DNA of 59,151 nt, counting the filler, from Ionaspis alba (taxonomy: Eukaryota): NCBI GenBank assembly GCA_964255285.1. It is 6 parts of 6 records of this genome, joined end to end, with 100 filler letters (N's around TTAATTAATTAA, not from the genome) between each part and the next. Parts side by side here need not be neighbours in the genome. Positions count along the whole stretch, not along the records: positions 19,810 to 29,605 come from CAXUUL010000644.1; positions 29,706 to 39,461 come from CAXUUL010000646.1; 4 more parts are not named here. The stretch is one strand, 5' to 3'. Below the pieces are notes generated by a model. The model did no database searches. It was not told the DNA's origin and worked only from the letters and a program-made list of their open reading frames with translations. Below are positions 23,126 to 35,563 of the stretch, one piece after another (the first letter of the stretch is position 1; each line of letters opens with the position of its first letter). The position numbers and the translations under genes are program-made.

Positions 23126-24924
23126 TCAATCCTTCCAGTCCCAGACCTGCTGCAAGAACCGCTCCATGCTAACCTTCTTACTCTTCATCTCCACCATCCA
23201 TGGGTGCTCCAGCATCCGCCAAGGCGTGCCTCTTCTTGGGGGGTCTTTTTCCAAACTACGTTCCTATCAGCACGAACCCTCTCCCACAAAGACAAATATT
23301 GAATAGAGTGAAGGGAGAAAGGAGAAAACATACCAGCATTCAATAAAATACTTGAAATTCGCACTCCACCTAATCTCCGGCTCCCCGTCCCTCGCTGGCT
23401 CATCCTTCAACTTCGGCAACGGCTGCCCCACAATATACTGAATGATATCAATCAACCCGGCCCTTGGCTGCATTTCCGTACCGTCGGCCGGGAAGGGGAA
23501 TCGGTGTTGCGCCACTTCGAGGAGCGTTACCCCCAAGGACCAGACGTCCGAGGTGATGGTGTAGGATTGCCCGGTAATGCGCTCGGGCGCCATGTAATAG
23601 GAGGTGCCGATGAATGTGTTGGCATCGCCGCGGGTGCCGAATTCGCCGCTAACGCCGAAGTCGCAGAGTTTGACTTGGCCATTGCGGCAGAGGAGGATGT
23701 TCGAGGGTTTGATGTCTACGGACAAGGGATTAGTGAACGAGTACGAGATTACCAGAAACGGTTTCTTCGTCTCGGGGAGAGACAGGTGTGGAAGGAGGTA
23801 GAACGTGCCTCTGTGGATGATTTTGCAGCTGTAGAGATAGGTCAGGCCGTTCAGGACGCCTTCGCCGATTTTGCCGAGGACTTTCTCGCCAATGCGGCCG
23901 CCGAGTTTCTTCACTTCGCGGTAAATGCTGTCGAGGCTGCCGCCTTCGCAGTATTCCATCGCGATGGAGATGATGCCGGTGGAGGAGTCGCCGTATGCGC
24001 CGTAGTATTTGCAGATGTGGTCGGCTGCGATCTTGCGATTGAAGTCGAGCTCTCGTCTGATTTGCTTCTGCGTATCGGGGTCGGGGTCTGTGGTGATGAT
24101 CTGGTGGTCTTTAGAAGATTGCTTTGTGAAGTAAATTAGTTGGTTCTCACTTTGAGTGCAAAGACTGTATTTCCCCCTTTCAGTTTGCATCTTGTCACAG
24201 CACCTCCGGCTCCTTCTCCTAGCGTTCCGAGCTCCACAATCATCTTCGCGTTGCTCGCTGCCATCCATCCGTCGTCGTCCAGATCGTCGACATCAAGCTC
24301 TCGTCCCAAACCCAAACTCAATTTCTCAAGATCGGGCAGTACATGATTACTGCTTTCCCGTTCCATCAACGTTCCCCCATCATGGCCACGATCGGAATAT
24401 ATCGAGCTTATGGCGGACGCCGGGTCGGGAGTGCCCCCTGGCTGTCGTAGTCCATTGACGAACGATACTGCCGAGTGTGCCGAGGAGGAAGCCGAACCTG
24501 GCCCACTCGCTCTCCCATCCAGCATTCCAAAACTTCCCGATCTCGAATGCGCACTTGCCTCATCACTTGCACTCGCGGTGTGCCCTGTATGATATGGGAT
24601 CGGAGGTCGATTGGACGGGGGAGCACCATCCTGGGGAGTTGTGTTACTCCCTTGCGGCGTGGCGAGTCGTAGTTGTGGAGGAGCGGGACGAGAGGCTGGA
24701 CGATGGAGTGGTTGCAACTCCGGGATACTGCTGTTGCCAACGACTGGTCTTTGGCTTGGTGAGGGGGGTATAGCAAGGCCGAGTCTTGGTGTTCGAGCAC
24801 CGCCAGTGCTGCGGTTCGAGCCTGGAATGGGTGGGCGAAGAAGCGGTGCTGGGGACGACATGGTTCTGGGCGGAGGCTGAGGCCTGTCGGTGTTGTCGAA
24901 TTGATCCTGCTGATCTGCGCTCAT
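23126..24924 (-). CDS. MKK1: MAP kinase kinase of the cell-wall-integrity pathway (Mkk1/Mkk2/Pek1 type)
   Basis: Exons 24924-24151, 24100-23809, 23715-23334, 23255-23126. Motifs [45 protein letters not shown] and [10 protein letters not shown]. Confidence 0.95.
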
Positions 24925-25795
24925 TTCAAAGTTCTCTCGAGGACGTCTTCAGTGCTTGTGAAAGTGCGAATCCATATACAGATGAGCTGTTTGAGACTGG
25001 ATCTGGTAATATTAGAACGTAGTCACAGCTAAGGACTCGTGGTTCGACCATCAAGGCTCGGTGGAGGCACAGTTTCCCACGGTACAAAGAGAGCGTGATC
25101 CAGCACTACTTTGATGTGCTTGTGATGAAGCTCATAAGCGAAGCATGTCAGGAGAACGGATAGCCGATGAGGTGTCTCACTATAAGGATTCACGTTTCTC
25201 TCCCTTTTGCAGAAGGATGCACACTGCTGATGAAGACGCAGCGGACAAGAGGGCGGGCTACCTCACTCTCTCGACAGCGCACATGCTTCAGCTATGATGT
25301 CGGTTCTGTTAGTTGTGTGTTACCAGTCCTCCATCATCGCCTCGTCTTTGCCTTGCTTTGCGCAGTCACCCAGATCCTTGCGCTCCCGGTGCCGCTTCTT
25401 GGCTTGTTTCATCAACCGCCGCCTCCTTATTCATTTGGAGAGGCCGATAACGCTGATCAAATTATTGTGAACAAGCAAACAATCCAGTCTCTTCAATGTC
25501 TCCATTACGCGCGCGTGATCAATCACAGTTTCATAGGGTCGTCAATGCTCCTGCACCTATGCAATCACCCAGAGCATTGATCAATGCAATAGAATGGCGC
25601 TTAGAGAGAGCCAGGCATTTTCAAATTCCTGGTCAAGTGCGGGATGTTTCTAGGTTTGGGACCACTGCGTCTCCATATTGCCTCTACCAGCGAATGGACA
25701 AGAACGCAACTCAAACGCCCGGATTCCTGTCAAGTCATCAAATAATTATCCCGCTTCTATTTTCCTTCTCCTGCGCTTTAACAATTTGCGGTCCA

Positions 25796-26539
25796 TTACT
25801 CACAAACCCTCTCTTTTGTGCTTCCTCTCTCCAACAGCCTATCCTTCAAAGCAGCATTCACTCTCTCCTCCAGCTGCCTATACATTTCCAGAGCCTCATC
25901 CAGAACCTTCCGCTCTGCTTCTGAGCGGTCATATCTCTCCTGCTTTCTCAACCTCAGTATCCTTAGATTCCCACAGCTAATTGCACCTTGCAATGTCTCC
26001 TCCCGCTCGTCCCAACTCGCCTTGATCGACAGAGGTTTCTTGTACATCAGCACCAATTCCTCCAAGTTCCGCATGGTGGCCAGAGTCCGCCACATCGTGT
26101 TTCGCAAATAATGAGAGGAAACATGAAGAGACAGATGCCGGATTTGATTAGAACAGCGACGCGGGGTCTTGTTGAGGAAGAGGGCAAGGCCGTCAATGTA
26201 ACACGAGAATGTGTTCCTGCCGTAGTAGGCGATCCAGTTCTCGCGGTAGAGGAGGCGGCAGGTTGAGAGAAGCGCAATTTGAGTATGGCCCATTGCCGCA
26301 TCAGATTCGGAATCTGAGCACGACCGCGACGGAGAGCGGGGAGTCGGGATCGCCGGAGATGCCGACCGCGGATTTCGAGGACGAGCCCGCCATTTGTATC
26401 TGGGTTTGTGCAATATTATAGGTTCTACAGAGAGTATCAGGTAAGAGGCAATGTACATGCGAATCTCGGGTGGTAGGTCAAGGAAGCGGAAGGAAGGCGG
26501 TGGGTGGTGAATTCTGGCGGGACAGTGATGGTTCCACAT
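25796..26539 (-). CDS. F-box-like (2EXR/DUF7730-type) fungal protein
   Basis: FRFLDLPPEIRMYIASYLI and ALLSTCRLLYRE...YYGRNTFS...IRHLSL signatures; single-exon ORF of 247 aa. Confidence 0.75.
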   Translation of the reverse strand: MWNHHCPARIHHPPPSFRFLDLPPEIRMYIASYLILSVEPIILHKPRYKWRARPRNPRSASPAIPTPRSPSRSCSDSESDAAMGHTQIALLSTCRLLYRENWIAYYGRNTFSCYIDGLALFLNKTPRRCSNQIRHLSLHVSSHYLRNTMWRTLATMRNLEELVLMYKKPLSIKASWDEREETLQGAISCGNLRILRLRKQERYDRSEAERKVLDEALEMYRQLEERVNAALKDRLLERGSTKERVCE

Positions 26540-27603
26540 CTTGATAGATAACCCGACTTGCGTGACGGAAATGATGGTGGTAAGGTTGGAAGATACATTG
26601 CGAGGAAGTGCAATGTTGTCCTCGCCAGAGTCGGTGAGGATGCAGGATCAGGTGCTGAGAGACGAATGGCTGAGGTTGGACGCGTGACAGAGCTCGCGTG
26701 CAAACGTCGCTGCTAGAAAAAATGCATGACTAAGCTGACACGGTCCTTGTTTCTCCGGCCGGCATAGCCCGGCACTTATAGAGGTGTGTTCCTCCACTGA
26801 CCGAGTTATAGCAGGAAACTGTTGCTGCAATAGCTCCGCGGCATTGGAAATAATGGTCGGGGTGTTCTGCGATCATTTGGCATACACACCTCCTCCAATA
26901 TTCGCATTGCTACTATTTTAAGGGATTATCCATGCTCGCTGGCCCGTTTTCCGACAACTGCCTAAAGCCGTTTGGAATCTCCACGGAGGTACGGCCCCAC
27001 GGCTCTTACATCGTTGAATGAACAGTGAAGCCAATCCAACCATCAGGAGTGGATAAGCCTTGCGACTGAGCTGCACTCAGGAATATCTGGCACAGTCATG
27101 CTAGCCATGCTCAAAAGACCAGAGATATCCCTTGAATTACCGCACGGCCAATACTGCCGGATTGGTCCGAATCAGGGGCTTCAATCCCTTACAATGCGTC
27201 GTTGGAAGGACTGATATTCTGCAGCTTCTCAAGCTACATGAGTACCTCCTATACTGGACAGCCTGCTATGTTGTTTGGGAAATGAAATTGTGGAGGAAGT
27301 CACCAATCGGAAACAACCTGTATCTGCACTGTTATCAATTCTCTCATTATCTCATGTCGACTAGATAGCCTAGTCTGCACTCCACCTTTTCCATCCCACG
27401 TCAATTCTACGATTCCTCGAGCTCTGTCATCAGCTGGAAATAACTTCCATTACTGTCTTTCTCCATTTTCTTAACAGCGCTGGCTGGTCAACTCCGAGTC
27501 GGGCGAGCTCGGACTATTGACGGACGGCAGAGTAATGCCCTAATTGTTCCTGCCTCTACCTGCCCTCTTCGACTAGAACTACGGCGAACCCCGTGTGCTT
27601 ACA

Positions 27604-27613
27604 CTATATAAAG
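27604..27613 (+). promoter_or_regulatory. TATA box of the globin gene
   Basis: CTATATAAAG about 100 bp upstream of ATG 27710. Confidence 0.6.
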
Positions 27614-27709
27614 GTGCTTTACTATCTTTTGTCACTGCTCTGGACTTTAAGCCTTAATCTTCACGATTATCAACATCAACTACTGAACTAAAGTACGTCT
27701 TCGTTGAAT

Positions 27710-28468
27710 ATGTCATCAGAAAAGTCTGCCACTAGTGGAATGCAGCACATCCCACCTTCAAGCCTCACCACTGTTCCAAGCAGACTGGCCTTCACGAAGT
27801 CATTTCTCAACTTCACCGAGGCGGACGGTAACGCTATTCACGCATCAGGACCTCTCATCGCGCCTCTGATGCAAGCCGTCCTCGACGCCATCTATACCAA
27901 ACTCCTTGGCTTCGACATTACCGCAAAAGCCTTCGTCCCAAAGACAGAGGCAGAGGGTACCAACGACACCGAGCTCAAATGCCCACAAGAGCTGCATCTC
28001 CATCATGCTCATATCCGACGGCAGATGAACTTCCTGCAGAATTATCTACTCAAGATTGTCAGAACCGAGGATTGGACTCCAAACTCCAAACTATGGATCT
28101 ATATGGATCAAGTCGCCGTCGCGCATACGGGACTACCGGGTTTCGCTCACAGAGCCAAGCGGCGGGCATTGAGAGTCGAGTATATGCATCTTGCGCTCTT
28201 GCTGGGTTATGTGGAGGATGTGGTTGTGGGAGCTGTGATGGGAATGGATGGCATTGATCTCGAGATGAAGAGTAATATTGTCAGAGCGTGGAATAAGCTT
28301 TTGTGGCTTCAAAACGACCTCTTCGCGAGACGGTATGTGGTCGATCGAGATACGGGTGAAATGCCGACTGGCTTGGACATCAAGGGGAAGCTTGATGGAG
28401 CTAAGATTGTAGCATTATTGTTGCTGGGCGTGGCTGCCGGTATGCTGCTCATGTACACCTTGGGTTGA
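27710..28468 (+). CDS. Protoglobin/globin-sensor-domain protein with C-terminal transmembrane tail
   Basis: SRLAFTKSFLNFT..D, IYTKLLGFDITAKAF, VAVAHTG (candidate proximal His), LRVEYMH, AWNKLLWLQNDLFARRY; tail IVALLLLGVAAGMLLMYTLG. Confidence 0.88.
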   Translation: MSSEKSATSGMQHIPPSSLTTVPSRLAFTKSFLNFTEADGNAIHASGPLIAPLMQAVLDAIYTKLLGFDITAKAFVPKTEAEGTNDTELKCPQELHLHHAHIRRQMNFLQNYLLKIVRTEDWTPNSKLWIYMDQVAVAHTGLPGFAHRAKRRALRVEYMHLALLLGYVEDVVVGAVMGMDGIDLEMKSNIVRAWNKLLWLQNDLFARRYVVDRDTGEMPTGLDIKGKLDGAKIVALLLLGVAAGMLLMYTLG

Positions 28469-29285
28469 CCGCAATGACGGGGAGGCTACGGAGTATGGTT
28501 CTCTTGGTACTGTTTGGGTTTTCTTATGGATACCGCAAGACCAACTTGTTTTTACGCGGCTGGCTTCTTTTCAGTTCGACGTTAAGTGTACGATATTAAT
28601 CATATTGGCAAATTCGGCGAACGGGGTGCGATTGTGGCTATGGACAAGGGGGTGTAAGCGGAGGCTTTAAAGGAACGCAGCTCATTTCATGTCTTAGCAG
28701 ACGTGTTGATATCTTGCAAAACGTGCTCTACGATCTGGACCTTGTTTCATAGATTTGACCCTTCCATTCCTCCAACGGGGTGCTTGTTGCGATGCTACCA
28801 AGTCGCTGCTTCTGCTACGCTACTGCCAAAATGCGCTTGCGCCTCTACATAATTGCTCGCAGAAACTCGATTCTGTCGTGTCTCAAGTCATACATTCTAC
28901 AGCCATACCTTCTACATCTCGATCCTGGTCTGGATCTCGGTGCTGCTTGTCCTCAGCCTCGACAGGAGCTGGAGAGATGAAAGATTAGTAGAATGTCAAG
29001 TAGGATAGGTTGGAGGCAAAGGCGTGGTAGGAAGTACATTGCTCTCTTGTTATGAGAAGGTGGATCACAGGCGCACGTTGTGGTGAGGTGGGAAGAATTG
29101 GATGAACACAGGCTTCTATCAGTTGTGTCTACAAGAACGCTGTGCAATATATCCTGCAGAGAAAGCCCATTTTTACGTGTCACATACCATAGTGGAAAGA
29201 ATTTTCGCAGTACCAGACTTCGATTATTATTTATAAGATTCTATCCTTGATTTCAAAATTCAATTGCAAACGAAGCAAGACAACA

Positions 29286-29605
29286 CTACCGGCGCCGCCT
29301 CCTCTGAACAAATTGCCTAGCATCTGCAGCAGCTGAGAGTTCCGCCTCGAGTTCGTCCAGCTCGCGTGAAGTCATCTCTGCTACTGGATGCCCTGCATCT
29401 ATCACATGACCTAAGAGGATCTCTCGATCCTCTGGACCATTCAACATCCTCTCGAGAATGGATGTCGCCTGGGCACGCCGCACATCTTCTTCGTCCATTG
29501 GTCCATCGATGGGACTGGCGTCGATTACAGTGCCACCGTTAACGAACTCACCTGGTGAGATATCCTCCTGCACGATGACCATGGGATCATCGTCGAAAGG
29601 ATCGT
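29286..29605 (-). CDS. 3' fragment of an acidic hypothetical protein, truncated at scaffold end
   Basis: Frame open from the scaffold edge to the stop at 29286; acidic helix followed by RRRRR. Confidence 0.5.
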
Positions 29606-29705
29606 NNNNNNNNNNNNNNNNNNNNNNNNNNNNNNNNNNNNNNNNNNNNTTAATTAATTAANNNNNNNNNNNNNNNNNNNNNNNNNNNNNNNNNNNNNNN
29701 NNNNN
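29606..29705. other. Artificial scaffold linker N44-TTAATTAATTAA-N44
   Basis: Identical structure to the other linkers. Confidence 0.98.
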
Positions 29706-30179
29706 TGTACGGATCAATTGATCCGATCATCCTCGAACAGGGGTCTGAGTCCTGAGGCAAATCGAGGATCGAAGCTTGCAGGCTCGGTTGCCGGCACGCG
29801 GTTAGGGCTTAGCTCTTAGATTGGACATCGAGGATCTGTAGGATTGACAGTTCCTAGGATCAACGAACATCCCGGCGCATGGGATTTTGCAGGACTATGG
29901 TCTTGCAACTGCTCTGCTACACTCCAAAGCACAGTTCTTGTAGATACCAGCTTTAGTGGTAGATGTCTGATCATAATTTCCCGATGGCCTGAGAGCTTAA
30001 ATCATGTCCAAGTCATGACGTCGGCCTTTCGGACTTCGGACTGCTCCGAATGCCATTCTAGGTAAACACCCGTACTTCGGTAACAAAATATTGTCAACGA
30101 CCCCGAGAAAGGATTTCTATTAAGTGGTCATGCATTGTGCTCCCATAAGCAATTTACTCATCAACTCAAGCTACTCAAG

Positions 30180-32123
30180 ATGACCGAAGAGAACCTCAAC
30201 GAAAAGCGCGAGGTGGAGGTACCCGCAGTCACATCCACGCAGGAGCCTTCCTCTGAGGAACCTTCTACGAAGGAAGCCTCCTCCAAAGATGAACTCGCCA
30301 GTCCCGTTGAAGCCGACGGTGAAGACGAGACCACCTATCCTCACGGCATCACACTCCTCTCCATCATTGTCGGCCTCTGTCTTGCCGTCTTCCTCGTCGC
30401 CCTCGACCAAACCATCATCGCAACCGCAATTCCCCGCATCACCGACGATTTCCACAGCATAGGAGATATCGGCTGGTATGGCAGTGCCTACTTCTTGACG
30501 ACCACAGCCCTGCAGCCGACGTTCGGGCGGATCTATACTATATTCAGTGTACGAAGGGACCCCCTACCCGGCTCTTTTTGCGCTTTGCCCTTCACATTGG
30601 GTTCGGCAGGCTAACGAATGAGGACACTCTTAGATCAAATGGACGTTTCTTTCAGCCATCGGGTTGTTCGAACTCGGCTCTCTGATATGTGGCGTTACTC
30701 CTAATAGTACGGGATTGATCATTGGGCGCGCTGTCGCTGGTCTTGGGAGCGGTGGCATATTCTCGGGCGGTGTAGTCATTCTGGCATACTGTTGTAGGTT
30801 ATCCCACAACCTCTTACTCCTTCATCACCATTATGATGTTCGGTGGAGAGCGTCATACTCGGCTGTTCTCGGCTAACGTCGAAATACCAGTACCGCTACG
30901 CAAGCGGCCCATCGCCTTCGGACTTTTTGGAGGCATGTTTGGCATCGCATCAGTCGCTGGACCATTACTTGGGGGTGTCTTCACCGACAGAGTGTCTTGG
31001 AAGCTTTGTTTTCTTATTAAGCACTGTTTTTCTGAACCCTCTGATGTGGTATGCATGCTAATTCGTGGCCTACAGTCTTCCCATCGGAGCCATAACCGTC
31101 GTAACAATCATCTTCATCCTCAAAATCACCCGGGAAGACAACCCCGACAATCTTCGCTTCTTGCAGCGTGTCAAACAGGTAGATCTAATCGGCGCCTCCA
31201 TAATAGTTCCGGCCGTCATCTGCCTCCTCCTTCCCCTCCAATGGGGCGGATCCGTCTATCCCTGGAACAACTCCCGCATCATTGGCCTCTTCGTCGGTTT
31301 CGCACTCCTCATATCCATCTTCATCTACTCGCAGCTCAAGCTCGGCGACCAAGCCACGCTTCCACCACGGCTCTTCAAAAACCGCTCCGTCCTCGCCGCG
31401 ATAGCATTTGCCTTCTTCTTCGGTGCCGGCTTCTTCGCTCTAGTCTTCTATCTTCCCCTTTATTTCCAAAGCGTAAAAGGCAGTACCGCGACCGAATCTG
31501 GCATCCAGCTTCTACCTCTTCTTCTCACAACTGTCATCTCCTCTATCGTGACGGGCGCCCTTATTACATTCATAGGTTACTATACTCCCGTGCTCATCGT
31601 CTGCATGTCCCTTTTCGCCATCGGCTCCGGTCTGATAACAACGTTTACGGTCGACACGCCCTTCGGAAAGTGGTTCGGCTACCAAGTCCTCGCAGGCGCG
31701 GGCATCGGCGCCGGCTTTCAAGGTGCAATTTTGACTGTGCAAACCGTCCTCCCTCTCGAAGATGTGCCCATCGGTACAGCTATAATTTCCTTCTTCCAGT
31801 CGCTAGGAGGAGCGCTCTTCATTGCGATCTCGCAGACCGTGTTCCAGAATGGATTGATCAGCGCTATCCAAGTCGAGGTGCCGGGCTTGCCACCGGATCT
31901 GCTGTTGCATGCAGGAGCGACCCAGATAAGGAATGTATTGGCGAAGGTGGGTCAGAGTGACAAGCTGAGAGAGGCGTTAATTGCGTATGTCAAGGGTTTG
32001 ACGGATTGTTATTATATTACGGTAGCGTGTGCGCTGGTGGCGCTGATTGCGGCTTGTTGCTTGGAGTGGAAGAGTGTGAAGAAGGGAGGGGTGAAGAAAG
32101 GAGCGGCTGCTGTCGCAGTGTAA
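30180..32123 (+). CDS. MFS drug/toxin efflux transporter, DHA2 (14-TMS) family
   Basis: Exons about 30180-30548, 30634-30793, 30891-31020, 31076-32123. Motifs [64 protein letters not shown] and [10 protein letters not shown]. Confidence 0.93.
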
Positions 32124-32723
32124 ACTAGGAATTCGACGGCATATATAGGTTGTCGGGGGCCTTCGGACTAGGAAGGCTGGTCACAAATTTTAAGAGTAGA
32201 CCGTTCGAATAGAGTATTACTGTTAGAAAAACAATAAAGCTCTAACTACTCGATTTCGCGGAGTTCGAAAAGGCATACGTTTTAATCGGGATATTGGCGT
32301 GTCGTCCGGATGATCAGCAACCTATTTCAACCCACGACATCCATCTGATATTGTGGAAACTATGTACAAGAATTGACGATGGCTAGGCCGTCATCATCGG
32401 CTCCATGTGTGGCGTCTGCCTCTCATCCTCTCATTCAAACTTTTGCGCCTCGTGTGATCCTCCAGGATCAAAGGAACGCCTATATCAATGCTGCCTATAC
32501 TATATCCTTCGCTATGCAACGTAGAAGCCATGATCGTGTCAAGAGTGTGTATTCGAAGCTAAAGGTATACATTCCGAAAAAGAGGCAAAGTGACAACGGT
32601 TTTTTGCAAGCCTAGGAGACGTTATCGTCTGTAGGCGGGGTATCTCGAAATGACAATGATGGTCGTATGTGATGTATTCAAAGTTTGTTGTCGAATTTTC
32701 GTATGTTTTCATAATCGGTTTGT

Positions 32724-33726
32724 TCAAGATTCCTCGGACTTCTCAGGATTCTTCACCCACTCCTTCGGTATAGGGTCCCAAAGATGACTAGATGAAAGCA
32801 TTAGTCTGGTATCGTTCTCTGCCATAATGTTGAATGTCAATGCTCACCCTTCGTACTCGGTCATGACCAAAGCCTTTTGTTCGTACTCCTCCTGGAGTAC
32901 CCGGTCATACCCATACGGGACCTTTGCAATCACCCCTTCGTATATCGTCTCCCTCAACGGGTACAGATCCTTGACTTTGTACCGATGATAGTTCTTGCAG
33001 CTCCAAACGCCAGGAAGAATGTCAGCATGCGTCTCGCTCAGACCGGTAATATCAATGTATAGTCCGTTATGTACGTCAATCCATCGGGCATCAATGATGT
33101 TGAAACCGTCACCGCGGTCCCTCTCGGTCCACATGGGATTCACGTCAAGCAGGTAGGTTCTTGTGATAGGGTTGTTGTGAGACTCGGACGACGCTGCTGT
33201 GTATGTATGTCGTGTATTGTTCATTGTGTCGGCCAAGTATTTCAGTGTCTCTTCTGATACTTGGGTATCAATGTCCCAGTCCCATGGCAGCATCTGTATT
33301 CGAAGACTTCGGATCAGTACTAAATCATCGAGGCTTCTTAGGAAGATCGTCCAGCCATACCTTTGCATTCCACCACCATCCAAGTAATGTTCCATGCGCT
33401 ATCCAAGTCTCGATGCCATTCTCTCGAAAAGTATCCAGGTAAGCTCTAATCATGTGGACTTGCGTATCTCTCTTCTCGGCATAAGTGAGCAGTCCCTTGA
33501 AATATCGAGTATCGTAGTGACCCATGAGCTCATTGTCACCTGGATCGTGGGAGCCAGGCTCGTGAAAGTATTTCATCTGTTTTTCATATTCCCGTAAAGC
33601 GTGAATTCTTGCCCGTTCGTCCTCGAAATCTTCAATGAGAAATTCCTTCGGTGGGGTAGGCGCGGCGATGGCATTGTAAAGACATGAGAATGCTGATACG
33701 ACAGTGGTAAGGAAGAGAGGCTTCAT
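32724..33726 (-). CDS. LicD/Mnn4-family phosphotransferase with signal peptide
   Basis: Exons 33726-33361, 33293-32848, 32787-32724. Motifs KYFHEPG, HYDTRYF, TWIAHGTLLGWWWN, LPWDWDIDTQV, NIIDARWID, GLYIDIT and LYPLRET. Confidence 0.92.
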
Positions 33727-35563
33727 CCTGCTTGGAGGGATCCCGAGCGGTGAAGGTCATGGGGGAAAGGCTAGAGTGAGGTTGTTATCGAAGGAAGTGA
33801 GAACGTGACATGGGGGTCAGAAAACAGGACAAGTAGATGATGTTTTGGTCGTGTAGAGGAAAACCCAGTGAGTTTGGCGCGATTATAACAATGGTTTCAC
33901 TGTTGTGGTAGGGACTGTCTCGTTTCTGGTGCCGCTGTGCTTCCGAGCCAAGATGTTGCTGATACAGCCTCGGAGGTGATGCATCCCTCTCAACACAAAT
34001 CGCAGTGATGATTGGGAGATCAGGTACTGTCAGGCGGAAAAGACGGCAGAAGATGAGAAGGAAGAGCAAGAGAAGGATGCGACATTGTCGCGATAAGGCA
34101 GACTGGGGCAACAAGCAGTAATTGCTCGTGTGCTCCCTCTTGGTCTTGGCCTTGCTCTTGGCGGCTCTGTCAATTGTCGAAAAGAGCAGGAGAGATCCGA
34201 ACCGATGCGGTGGTGACGAATCCCTCTCCGCGCTAAGAGAGGATCGCTACGGAGGAAAGATTGGGCTAAACCTCGTCAGATCCTCGGCTTCGGGTCATGG
34301 CTTCGGATTTATGCAACGATATATATAGACTTGACTTATACACTGTATAGATATATGCATGGATTTAGGTCTTTCCAATTCTATGCACCTATCACGACAT
34401 CTCTGGGAATATATCTACTCTCTTGATTGTCGGCCTCCCTCAAATGCTCGAGAGCAAACGTTCATCGATTATCTATTCCATCGAATCCTCTCATGGTCTT
34501 ACAGTACCCTAAAGCCGAAGTGCGGCTGCCAAGGCGCTTATTCCTCGTAACGGGGGAGCTTCCGGTCCGAAACGCGTACCACAGTCCCAGCAGGATTTTT
34601 TCTTCATCCAACAGCTTATGCCTCATCCACCGAAAAGCACCCGCGTTCCTTTTGTCTTCATGGACTTGACAATTGCTTGAGCAGAAGCCTGTACAGTGGT
34701 TGTCCACCATGACCAGCCGTCCTCGTGCATTGACTCCCAGTCAGCGCAAGTCTGCTACGTTGGTGGCTAATTGCTGAGCCTCATCGCGTGGCTGATTTGA
34801 TCCTCCTTACTGCCATGTCTTGCTCATTTCTAGGCAGTTGATGTGGAGACATTTTCCATAGTATGTAAGAGATTTTCTGCGTCCTATATAGTGTTATGTC
34901 ACTTGGACTATTGAGTGTATTGCCTACTAAATTTTGTCATTTCCTCTGTCGCTACGCGATTTGGGAAAAAGGAAGAGGAAATGGGAACGGCTGGGTGTGT
35001 TCCAATTTCTCTGCACACCGCATGGTTGCCCTATTACTCAGTATTCTAGAATTACCTGTTTTTCAAAGCTTGCGTGCAGAAAGATATTCGCATACACAAC
35101 TCCGGAAGTATACTCAGCGCTATCTTCAAAGGATACATTGGAAGGACTGTCTTATTTCTATTTCAGGAATCAAGATCTTATGTGTCTATGGCAGATGTGG
35201 TTGGAGACATGCTTCAACACTTTGACGACTGGCTGTTACCCCTCAGTTCTCTTCTGCAAGAGTGCGGCAAAGACGCAGAAGTTGCTGTACAGCCACATCA
35301 GTTGAACCCCTTCGGGTAAGGTCAAGGCTCGCTAAACCAGCCGCCGGCCAATGAGACGCCAGCATCCCGCGCGGAGTCTCACGAGCAATCTTGATAATGC
35401 AAGGTGATGGTATAGCCTTCACGTTTGATGAAGCCTTCATAAGGTGCCTCAATTTCATGATGTCCCTCTCGTGGCGTTGCTCGACCCGGTTGACCTTCTT
35501 TGGCTTTACGGCTCAAGATGTGCATGCTTCTTGCCATTCTCGCGCTACGGTGAAAATATCATC

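Noticed and set aside
23504..24139. 211-aa ORF antisense to MKK1, and similar shadow ORFs throughout the ORF track
   Set aside because: Mirror frames of GC-rich coding strands; many start at TTG/GTG and show no motifs or splice support.
25030..25060. tRNA T-loop-like GGTTCGA
   Set aside because: No cloverleaf or A-box could be built around it.
25796..33726. Globin + MFS + LicD as one functional cluster
   Set aside because: The globin and the MFS lie on different scaffolds separated by an artificial linker, and no PKS, NRPS or terpene synthase is present.
33785..34114. Hydrophobic ORF upstream of LicD
   Set aside because: Non-ATG start; the hydrophobicity comes from a CT-rich leader tract.
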